DNA of 64,000 nt, from the NCBI GenBank assembly GCA_973895155.1, contig OZ316894.1, forward strand, positions 12,254,828 through 12,318,827, read 5' to 3'. The notes beneath the pieces are model-generated. The model had not been told where the DNA came from. It ran no database searches and worked only from the letters and a program-made list of their open reading frames with translations. This DNA is from Marsupella aquatica (lineage: Eukaryota; Plantae; Marchantiophyta). Below, piece by piece: positions 50,241 through 61,595 of the stretch. Position 1 is the first letter of the stretch. Every line of letters starts with the position of its first letter. A program made the position numbers and the translations under genes.

Positions 50241-51957
50241 GAAGGTTTTTGAATCTTTGTTTACTCCTCCTTGGTCACTCTCTCCCTCTCCCCGTTGGGC
50301 CCTCTTTCCCTGCCTGGCATTGCAAACTCCATTGACCGCAGCAGAACTGGCGATTGTTCTCACGTCTCGTCACGTGCCACATAAACTTGTGCCAAGCTCC
50401 CCTCGTCAGCAATTCCTCATACCGTTCTCCATGTTCAATTGATTCAACCCGACAAACAGTCGAATTGAAACGATCATGCACCGCTCGTCCATCCACAGTT
50501 TACAATGACGCGCACTGCCGATCAATGCATCGCCCGTCATCAGAACTAATCCATCAACTATCTCAATCCCTGCTTGCCTCTCAATTGCAGAGGTAGGGCA
50601 AGGCAAGTCACTGACGCGAGGCATACACCTCTGCGATACGGTGCAATGCATAAAGTACATACACTACGGTACAGTACTCCAGCAGCTCCCAAGAAACAGA
50701 ATCTTTCGAACTCTACACGCAGCAAGTTATGTCAGGCCCCTCCTCGGCGCAACATTACCCAAATTCTCGAGTAGAAAGTGCAGAAATCACTTCTGCGCCT
50801 CCGCCTACTCTCGCCAGAATGCCAGCAATCAACAGAAGAATGCTTCGGTACCGGCACGAGGAAGTCAGTCTCGACCCAGCAAAATGAAGTGACCAAAATC
50901 TCTCTGTGTGTGTCCAGTACTGAAAGCACTCACTCGGCTCCGTTTGTGAAGAGTGCGAACATCTATTGTTCGACCTACCTCACTCGCAGCGAAGCGAACC
51001 ATAACGAAATGAAAGCTTGCGTCGACTGAATTCGCACTAAAATCTCAACTCGACCCTGCAAACTGCAGCGCTGAATCGAAATTGTGCGGGATTGTAGTCC
51101 AAAAGCTTGCGGAAAGATCTCCCTCCCGAGTCCCGATCGTGTCGGTCTGACCCACTGGAAAAGCGCCCCACAAAAGTTACAAAACCGTCATTCTCGCTTG
51201 CACAAACAGAGCTCTGCCAAATCGAGTGTCTGCCATCGCCGAATTCGCTCCTCACATGGTGTCAGGGTTCCATGCTCCACCCTCAGGCCCCCCTGAAACA
51301 CTGTACGGCGTGATACTTGCTCCCTTGAGAACAAGATGCCATCATGCCATGCGAGCAGCAAACATCATTAGCAGTCCACCGACCCTCTCCTTGCACGACC
51401 GCCGATGCAAAGTATGGACGAACAGGATGCCCCGTCACGAGAACGAAGCATCAAAGAGGGACAGTCCGCTCTTCCGCGCAAACCGAAATAAATGCGCTCT
51501 GTCATGCCCGAAAACAGGGTATGATATTTCGTTATTGTACCAGACGCTCTAGGGCCTGTTTGCACATGAAGATGGCGATGCAAGACCAAACGCCTCGTGT
51601 CTGTCGTTGAGAGGCAGGATCTATGGTCATGCATTATTTACTACCCCGACGTGACTGGAGCACGCACTGTAGCCGTCGATTGTACTACTCCGGATAACAT
51701 CCGTACTGTATTTGGAAGAACGGACTCTCGGGTAAAAGGTATTCCAAGACTCAATGTACGGAGGTATTGCGATCAGATCATCAGCTCTGTCCCAAACAGC
51801 ATTCTCCGGTCTGCGCAACTGTACACTGGAAGTTTCCGTACTTGTGCTGATTGATCCGTTTCGATCTCTGTACAGTTTGAATTTGCACTCATTATTATTG
51901 TCTTGTTTCTCCATTTTGTATGGCCTTTCTTTGCTTGGCCTTTTTTAGTACTCCAAT

Positions 51958-54900
51958 ATGAACAGAAATATACACACTTTTTATATACAAAGGGATCAAA
52001 CAGAGTACAAATGAACAAACAAAAGAGGGCCCAAGTGGACAAAACCAATCGAAAAAGAAGTGAGCAAAAGGGAACCACTAAACACCAAGAAAGAGGAACT
52101 AAAAGTAAGAAATGAACAATAGGGAACCCCTAAAAACCAAGAAAGAGAGAGAGACTAAAACTAACCCAAGCAGACCGAGGTCCTCATCATTCCTACCGAT
52201 TGTGGCAAAAAGCTAATGGTCCACATCAAGAGTCAAAACTAGATCAGCAAGTGGGATTGGAACATCCTCAAGGGGAGCTAGCCGCTGCGGAGGCACACTA
52301 GCACCCACTGTAAGAGATCGACGATAGATGGCCCGAGCTTGAGCACGCTGTAAGGTGACTGAAATGCGTTGGCGAAAGTGCGTGGTCAAAATAGAAAGCG
52401 GGGGTCCGGTGGGACCCATTCGGCCATGAACATCCCGGGCAGCTTGCCGAAGAAGCCCATCAAACTGAGGATGAAGACGCCCAAATAGCTCCACAGCAAG
52501 GGGGAGGAAGCTGTCGGATGAAGCTCGTGTAGCATATTTGGCCTCCTTCGTTGTTGCCACACGTGACGCCGCTGCCCCTGCCGTAGTTGCCGCTGTCCCA
52601 ATGATGTCTTGGCGCAATGGGTTTGCCACCACAACATCTGCCAAAGTACGTTGACCCTCACGGACCATGGTAAGATCCACCCGTAACCGCTGTGATGGAG
52701 GACCAGGTAACTCGAGTACCACCTCCCGCCGCACGCATACCAAAGAGCCAGAGAGAACCTGAGCAGTCGCATCTCGCACAGCGTCGTGAACAATAATGGT
52801 TTCACCTCCCAAACTGCACCGAAGAAGATGGACACCTGTGGCATCACAAGGCTTCCCACAAGTGCAAGAAGGAGGTAAACCTGCAAGAAGTGGGTGGGGC
52901 AGCCCCAGACGAAGACGCATGGCTGTGGAGAACTCCGTTGAAGACATCCGCAAATGAGGAATGACTGGATTGGCCTGAAGCCATCCACCTGCGCCCTTCC
53001 CTCCGGAAGAAAGAATCCGAGCTCGGTCCGTGTCAGGTGCCTCGGAGAGGATGCTGGAAAGGGTGAAAGTGTGCATACGCCCAGCGAGGTCTGCCTGAAG
53101 ACGAACGGGATCCAAGGATAAAAACTCCTAGAAAGAAGGTAACGCGGCGCGAACGGGATCTGGTAATGAGGACCGCGCTGCGCGCAAATGAACCTGAAAC
53201 GGGAGGGAACCCTCCTCTACCTCCATGAGAGATGAAAGTAAAAAAGGGCGATCCTCAATAAGAAAACGATCGGCCAACAACGAGAAGGCGGCCGCCCATG
53301 CACCCAAAAAGGCCAAAGGTGCAAGGCTCTCAATGGAAGTAAGCCCAAAACCACCCTGCAAAATAGGAAGACTGAGTTGTCGATGAAGCCACGGAGATGA
53401 GAGCAACGTACCCGGACCTAAAAGAGAGGCCAGGGTCTGACGAATGGAGACATCAAATGCTCGAAGGTGGAGACAAAGATCCTCGGTAGGGGGATGTGTC
53501 CTAGCCAGATAAGACGCACGAGGGTGGATGCACCACAACAACATCCCAAATGCTGCCTGAGAATCTGCTAACTTAGGGAGCATAGGAGTATGGGCTAAGG
53601 CAGCCTGTATAGAGTCAGCGATGAAAGATGAGCAAAAGGAGGCGGTACCGATTGGGGAGCCAAGGACCCGAAGACCATTGGCTGGACGTAAGAACCCTGG
53701 GGGAAGCACAAGATCAGAGGGTAACCCAACTGGACTCCATGCACGACTCTTCACAGGCTGAACTCGTAAACCGAGGCCCATCAAATGGGTGGAAAGAGTG
53801 GCGAGGGCAGAAGTAACCGCGGCAGGAGGACCAATGATGTGGGTGTCATCTGAAGGGAGGGGAAGATACACTGGGGGTGGGCCATGGCAGCTTCCCGTAA
53901 AGCTGTAAAATGGGCAATGGCAAAAAGAGGCCACCCAAAGGGTCACCCTGACGTGTACCTTCTGCAGAGGAAAGAGTGGTATACACACCTGTAGAGGAGT
54001 GATGACTATAGAAGAGTGGGGCCTCGAGTCCATAAAAACAACGGACAAAGGGGATCAGGGACTGGATGTCTGGATCCGCCGCCCTCAAAGCACGAAAAAT
54101 GGCTGCCCGAGAAACCGTATTAAAAGCGTTAGAGACATCAACCTGGAGGACAACCCAATCAGGGTGGAGGTCCAATGTAGCTCGAATACCCGCAATAACC
54201 GTCTCACAACCGCCAGGAACGCCAACTGCAAACTGATGTGGGGAGAGATGATCCGATAGTGCAGAGCGAAACTGTGAGGAAAGTGTGCGAGACACAAGAC
54301 GAAGAAAAACCTCCCCAATAACAATTGGCCGAACACCCGGTGAAGACTTAGCCATGGCCAATAAACGAGAAGCACTCAAGAGCCGAGAGACGGGAGGAGG
54401 CAAACGACCGGCTGCAATACACTAGCAAAAGGAGAAGAAAACTGGAAAACCAAACTGAGGATCCTCAGGGGGGAATAAATCACGAAAATGCTCAAAGACA
54501 TAGCCGGAGGGGCCACCAGCAGAACAACGCGGGGCATGGAGGAAGGCATAGGTGAAGTGGTCCCTACTAAACTGAAGATCCTCCTCAGGCTCAAAATCCT
54601 CGACAAACAAAGGGAGCTGATCATGGGGCTGCGGATGGAGATCCTGAAGGGCCAACGAGGTGACCTCGCCAGGGGGGGCTGGTGTGTTGGGAGAAAGGGC
54701 CTGGACAGCCCGACGATATTCACCAGCCTGGGCTAAACGACAAGAGCGACGAAGACGTCTATGCTCAGGGGGATGAGAGTGGCAAGCTGGGTCAGACAAA
54801 GCACGGGCGGTAAAAGACCGGGCGCGAAGAAAGTACTCTTCCTGAAGCTGCTCCCAATCTCCCCGCAAAAAACGATGGATACGAGAGGCAGTCTCACGGT

Positions 54901-55950
54901 GACCCACACGACCACCATGACTAGGGAGGGTAAGAGTCCACTGTGGAAAAAGCATCAGTAAAGACCAATAGGAGACCTCCATAGGATGCGCCAAGATAAG
55001 CTGCATGAGTTGCAACAAGGAGGACCGAACTATAGGGCGCAGCGCCAGAGGAATGTGGTTATAAATGCGAGGTCTAATGTACCCTGGATGGTAGGCTGGA
55101 AGGGGGTCTAGAGTGCGAACCCAACTCCATGCCTACTCGGGAGCCTCCAAGGAGGGAGGGGCAGAGCTAACCGGGTCAATAGGGGGCTGAGGCTGGGATT
55201 GTGCTTGCTGGCGACGATGGCACCGGCCCCGCCCGCGATGATGAGGGAGGGAGATGCCAACCCATCCACAGTCAGGACAAGTATGCAGGGGACGCTCGTC
55301 CGGGGAGGGAGCAGGGAAAGACTGGACAGGAGGTGGGGGTGGAACAGATGTGGACGAGGAGGCCGGAGGAGGATGATGAATGGGTGGAGGGGGAATGGGG
55401 TGGGGAGAGGAGCCAGGGCGACGATGGGGTGGGCAGTAGACGGGGGGGACTGGCAGAGCATCGGGCATGGGATCATCACGAAGATGAGAGAGATCCAGTG
55501 AAGAAGAGCAAACACGAAGACGGCCACGAGGGGGAGGGGAGGACGGGGGAGAAGTGTGGGGTGGGGCTGGGCGCTTGCCCCGCGCCAACACTCTCAACGT
55601 AGACATGACAGGCCGCAACCCGATAAAAGCAAAAACGCATCAAGAAGCGACAAAAGGCCCAACCGAGGCATGTGAAAAGAAAGGGGAGGCGATGGAGAGA
55701 GCCCACCGCATCAGGTCGAGAAACGGCGCCACCGCTAGCCTAGGAAACCGTTGAGCAGGTGCAGGAACAGTAAGGAACAAAGCTGAAACGCCCGTCGATC
55801 TGTCCGTTGGGGAGTCGACGCGAGTGAAGATCCGCCCTCTAGATTGAGCGTGCGGCAACAGCTCCCGAAGGCAACAACCAATTGGAGGAGAAGCGATGGC
55901 CTAAAGCCGATGTGACTCGCTCATACGTTGCCCCAAATCGAGTCATGGAA
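51958..55950 (-). mobile_element. Full-length but disabled non-LTR retrotransposon, single ORF ZnF-RT-CCHC-RLE (CRE-clade-like)
   Basis: Minus-strand ORF pieces run ~55606 to 52213. N-terminal CPDCGW..HH..C; RT GVRPIVIGE, HQFAVG, VDVSNAFN, GTRQGDPLG, DD, VLGSPIG, GGFGL; CTCG..HLLRC plus HDAVRD; RLE RVDL..LADVVV..KEAKY..FLPLAVELFG. An 8-bp TSD ACTCCAAT lies at 51950-51957 and 55951-55958. There are three in-frame TAGs and several frameshifts. Confidence 0.9.
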
Positions 55951-57419
55951 ACTCCAATTGCAATAGGGCAGCATTCCGCAAAAGTTGCACTTTATTGTCT
56001 TTTCTGGTGTTTATTTCTGGGTTTTCTGATTTTTAATATGGCGTCTCCGTGACAGTTTAACTAAACCTATGAGTTTCTCCATTAAAAGTTATCCTAACTT
56101 CCTCACTAGATTTGAAAAAGTGTTCTATGTTCAAGTAAGTGAGAGGGTCACAGAAAAAAATAGTCATTTCAGTCAAACAGAAGTACAGTATCTCATCTAG
56201 ACTGTACCTTAGGCCACATTTTGAGAGGTGCACTTTTCAGTACTCACAAATTGATCTGAAACCTAGCTTGGAAACATTCTAAGGAATGGAAATATGAAAG
56301 TTTGTGGACATGGTACCTCACTTTCTTTTGGGGAATCTCAAACTTTCACTTCACTTAAAGAAATTGGTTTTACTGATTGATCTAGTTACAATAGTACTAA
56401 AATCTTTTTGATACTGTTTGGAAAAATTGCTAACTGTTGGAGCAACCTTGAACATTAAGAGGGGACGAAAAACAAGTCAAAGTCCACATTGATACAACAT
56501 GATACAATAGACGTACCTTGAAAGATATATAAGGCACATTGAAATGAAAATGCATAACAAATAGAAGTTTTAAAAATCTTAAAACGTGAAACCGTGATAA
56601 TAATCAGGAGTATTTTTAATCCGCAAACATGGTATATTTTTAATCCGCAAACATCAGTATTTTTTCCGACATTGCCATTGCTATATGGCTAACACCTTCT
56701 ACCTTATTTTGTCTTATTAGAAATATAAGTTCTGAATTTTCTTTTAAATCTGGCCTAGTGTATCATTTCACTTTGTATTGGTTTGAATTTGACAAATTAT
56801 TTAACCCCTTTAATTATTTCAAGATTATGATTTGATATGTTTTATTATGATAGCTTATCATGTATTTGATGAGATTTTTTTTCTGCCATTCATTCTCTAT
56901 TGCACGAGATGGTCAGACTCACCAGGATGCACCCAGTACGAAAACCAGAGATGCCCTGTAGGTTATATGTGCCCTGTAGGTTATATGTCCATTGGTGAAA
57001 AACTTTCCAACCCTTATGGTTTAGAGGCTAACAGGTGTCACCTAAATAGTGAATCTTTCAATAGGGCCTAAAAATAGAGTACAAAGCTAGAATATAAAGC
57101 TAACATACTTTTCTGTCAACCAAAAAATACTATACCTCTAAGGTACATTGACTTATAAGTTATGTACTTGTTTTTCACCTAAAAAGTACGGTAGTTTCTA
57201 TTTATTTATTTGATTCCCTATTTTAATGCATTTGAATATTATGCTATAATTTCTATTTGATAGGATACAATTGACATTATTGTCAATAAGTTAAAATAAT
57301 TGTGTCTTAGAACGAACATGCTATAATAGTAGGCAGATGCCAAATCCGGCATACCCCGTGGCCCAGGGATTTGCAAAATAAGTTTCAGAGTTGCAAGCTG
57401 GAGATCAAGCCTGGCTCTC

Positions 57420-57900
57420 GTATCAAACGGGCAAAATCGTATTTGCGTTTGGACCAATGGAAGTTATGTACTAAAATGGCGATGCAAAACAAGCGTCTGG
57501 TGTCTGGTGTCTGGTGCCGACAGGCAGGATCCACGGTCAGGCATTATTTTTACCCAGACGGGCTAGACTAAGCACTGTAGCCGTCGATTGTGTAGGAAAT
57601 CCATCCTCAGGAAAGTATCTATACAGTATTTGGAAGAATTATTGTCCTGTCTTGTTATGGTTTAAAATAATTGACCTGTTCAATGACTGTACGATTTGAA
57701 TTTGTAGTCCTGTGTTATTCCTTCAGTTTGGCCTTTCTCGGTGTGGCAATTTTACCAATTCCAAATTTCCAATTGCTATTTATATTGATTTCTATTTAAT
57801 TGCAATTAGTATTCCACGAAAGATTGTCTTTTCTGGTGTCTATACATCAGTTTTTGAATTTTCAATATGGGGTCACAATTTAATAAGTGTGAGTCAAAGA
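57420..57900 (+). repeat. Uninterrupted paralog of the unit split by the retrotransposon (51520-51957 + 55959-56050)
   Basis: Colinear shared blocks: ATGGCGATGCAA, AGGCAGGATC, GCATTATTT, GCACTGTAGCCGTCGATTGT, GTATTTGGAAGAA, TGGCCTTTCT, ATTGTCTTTTCTGGTGT. Confidence 0.8.
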
Positions 57901-59119
57901 TTCAGTGTACAGTAAAACATGTATAAGTCCACTAATATTAGTGCAGGCCAAACATGCTGTCTCCTAATATTACAAGTAGTTTCTTTGTAAATACACCAAA
58001 AATGTAGTTTGCATAAGTGCAAGTCAACTCTTCCTTATATAGAAACTAAACAACAAATGCATAAGTGCATTTCCATCTATGAAAGTGCACAGGCATTTAT
58101 CAATAGCTGCAATATACATAAAAAGCGTTTTCATCTATGAGTGGAGCAAACAACTACATAAAGTACTTTCATGCACTTATCCACTTGACATGTGCATGGT
58201 GAGGGCTTGGGTATGAAGAATCCAATGTGTGCGGCCAGGTAACACACCAGGGAAGTACATAAATGATTTCCCATGTAGTCATTAGATAACAAGTTTTCCT
58301 TGCATAAATTGTCACTAAAGATCTACCAATTTACAATACTGCCACCATTTTCATTGTACTTATAAGTATGTCAAAGTTTTTGTATATGGTTACCTTGGTT
58401 ATGTTAGTGAATTTGTTATCCATATCTAAAATCCTGCATATTTGTAAGTACAAAAAAAATATGACCTTATTGTCAATTGAAACATCTTTAGTGACAAAGT
58501 AGTCAAGATTGTATTAGATAATGAATATAGAGAAGTGCATAGATGATGTTCCATGCACTTATAGCATAGTGAATTGTGTGGATAAGTGCTGGCTGGTGGT
58601 GTCTTCCCCAGAGCCTGCACTAAGACCCACTTCATTGTAACTCAAAACCCAAGTGTGTATGTCTTCCAATTTCTGGCATTGAGTGCATCCGTATCATCGA
58701 GTTCGTGATAGACAAGAATATCTGTTTGCAGTAACAAACAGGCATGACTGTTTACAGGATGCCAACAAAAATAGTCAGAATTGGGAATTGTACAACCCCC
58801 CCCCCCCACCCCAACCCCCCCCCCCCCCCCCCCCCCCCCAAACCCCCCAAAATAAAAATAAAAAATACAGTGAATACTAAACTGCAAACAACAAGGGTAG
58901 CAACGTAGGATGATGGACAACGTGCACTGGTCACAAGAAAAGGTGCATACCAGTGGACTTCTTTCAATCATAGATTGGGAATCAAATTTTCATGATTTAA
59001 TGATGAGGCCATGCACTTTAAATTGATGGAACTTTAAATTAATTGATTATTCTTTTTGAGTTGTTGTAATGCTATTTACTAGTGGCCGGGGTAAGTAAGC
59101 TGGAATTGCTGAATTGGGC

Positions 59120-59985
59120 TGACAATGTTGACATTGACTGAAAAATTCATTGCCAAAATTCTTGCTAACCGAATCAACATGTGGTTGGTAGAATTGTGGA
59201 CACAGAACAAATCAGCTTTCTGCACGGGAGAGATATCATGGACAATATACTCACCTTCAAACTAGCACAACAACTTGCTCCTCTGGACAAAACCCAGCTG
59301 ATCTTTCTTAAACTCGAGTTTATGAAAGCGTATGACAGGGTATCCCACTCTTTCATCTGGGCGATGCTGCAATCGATGGGATTCAAGTTATCAAGCTGGT
59401 GAAAGGCCTTGGCACGAGAGTGCAATCAGAGTACATACCCGGGTACATACCAATGGAAGATTCACAAAGCCAATTGGCCTAGGCAGAGGAGTTTGCTAGG
59501 GCTGCCCTCTGTCTAGCATCCTCTTCACCTTAACAACCCAACCACTCATGGCAATGATAGTACCGAAGGTGGAACAAGGAGCTATCAAGGGAATGAAACT
59601 GTGGAAGGGGAGCCACTTGTGCCACCAGCTGTTCCCTGGTGACACAGGGTTGTTCTTGGAGGCATCTGAAGAGGAGTTCATAGAAGCAAGGAATGTCATT
59701 CAAAGGTTTGAAGACATCTTTGGTGCAGGTCTGAATGTCACAAAATCACGAATCATCCCTATATACTCCGGCACCGGCAACTACCCTGTGTGGCTGAAGA
59801 ACACTGGATGCAAGATTGCTAGAGAAGGAGAGATACGTGAATACCTGGGTTGCACTATTGGCTATAAGGTATGCCCATCTCACTGTCTGTGTTTCTTCTA
59901 AACAAGCTTTGTAAGAGATTAAACACTTGGGCCAACAGGAGCCTCTCCTTGTGTATTTTAAGGACATTAGTTTTCCATAGTGCTT
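59120..59985 (+). pseudogene. L1-clade LINE reverse transcriptase relic
   Basis: Pieced translation KFIAKILANRI..QISFLHGRDIMDNI..FLKLEFMKAYDRVSHSF..RGV.*GCPLS..HQLFPGDT..GLNVTKS..YLG, with frameshifts and stops. Confidence 0.85.
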
Positions 59986-61595
59986 CCATTCTTTTGAGCA
60001 GGGGATTATGGGAATACCACAAATCTAGGAAATCTAAAGAGAGAAATTTGTTTACCAAATGAAACAAAACAAAATATTATCTTACAGAATAGAAATTGTA
60101 TCCAGAACCTAATATAGTGCATGGTTAAATATTTTCCATTTTTAACTTCTTATAGATTTTTGACCAATTTCCCAACAAACTGTTGTATGGCCCTTCAAGT
60201 TTTTCCATCAATTTCATAAGTTTTATTATTCTTGTCTATTCCAAAAAATCATTTATGTTTTTTGTTATATACTAGTTACGGGAATTGAGTTTAAAGCCCT
60301 TCAAAACTTGTGCATTATATTTTACAATGCTCAATTTACCAGTACATTAGACAGTGTCAAAGTTCTCCATATAGCAAGTGCTATGGACTGAAACTTTCTA
60401 GACATATGATTTTTATGGGTTTGTATTTAGGTAGCCAATACCTTTATGGGTTTGTATTTAGGTAGCCAATCCCTCCTTCGCTCCTTGCCATAAAACATTT
60501 ATGTCCCATTTTGACACGCCCTATTATCAAGGTATTTGTTTGATCCACCCCCAAAATGAAACTTGTTACTTTATCTACCCTCTGAGGTCTATCAACGATC
60601 CAGATCTGAGATCGAAAGGTCCATGAACGGTCTAGATTGGGGAAAAGTATTGGGGGTTATTTAGCAAACTTTTTGTAGGAGGGGGTCTACTAAGCATATC
60701 TCTCCCTATTATCCTATGCATAACCTGTGCGTGTTTCACTAAGCAATTTTGTTGTAATCCCAAAAGACAAATGAGGGCACACTAATAGTCAATCAGTCGA
60801 ACAGTCGTGGCAGTTGCGTTGTTGATTTTCAGTCAGTAGCTTGAATTGAAAGGATCTCGTCGTCCCCTGTTCTGATTGGCTTCGTGACAACGTCCGACGA
60901 CATGCCAAGGCGACAACCCAGACAGAAACTTTAATAATCAAATAGTGGGGAAGTTCTAGTGTTTTCCACAAGCTGCGGAGTGCATCGGCGAAGATCTTCG
61001 GACACTTTGCGTTTTCTTTCACACTGCTATAAAGCGCAGGTGCTCGTGAACGTTTGTGCAAGTTAGTCTTCATGCTTACTCGGCTGCTTGGATCGTCTCC
61101 ATCCCCATCTATCTAGTGCTCCGCTGCACTTTAGGGTAAATATGGCTTGTATTGGATTTTTGTCGTTGGATTTGCCCTACTGCAGTCACGATTTACCTCG
61201 TTCTGATGCTAACTGGGGTGGAAACTGGTGTGAAAGATTTCCACAGTTTTGGTCGTTCAAAGAAGGTATTTCTCTGCTAAATCTTTGCGTCTGTCCAGAA
61301 TTTGGTCCAGAGCTTGGAGCGTGCGTTTCGGATTTTTAGATCGCAACGCCTTGGCGTGGAGTACCAAAGGAGCCATTCCCGCTTTTCTCTGGGAGGGTTT
61401 TGGTCAGTCGCAGTACTAGTTTGATGCACAGGGGCACAATTCAGGTCTGAAGTACGGTCGGTGGACAGTGGACAGCAACAGGCTGGATATTGACAAGCTT
61501 AATTTTTTCTCCACATGTAATTGGTGGTCGAGTGGCGGGTCAATTGATCGACTGACTTACTGAGGCTTATCGGGAACAAAACGAAAGAAGTGAGG

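Noticed and set aside
54488-55754. Plus-strand ORFs over the retroelement
   Set aside because: They are antisense shadows of the GC-rich minus-strand ORF.
57708-57745. CCTTTCTCGG resembling the U2 snRNA 5' end near the retroelement target paralog
   Set aside because: Only ~10 nt match, with no branch-site-pairing GTGTAGTA or Sm site.
58560-58760. Exon-like minus-strand segment (DILVYHELDDTDALNARNW)
   Set aside because: It has an in-frame stop, no partner exons and no family could be recognised.
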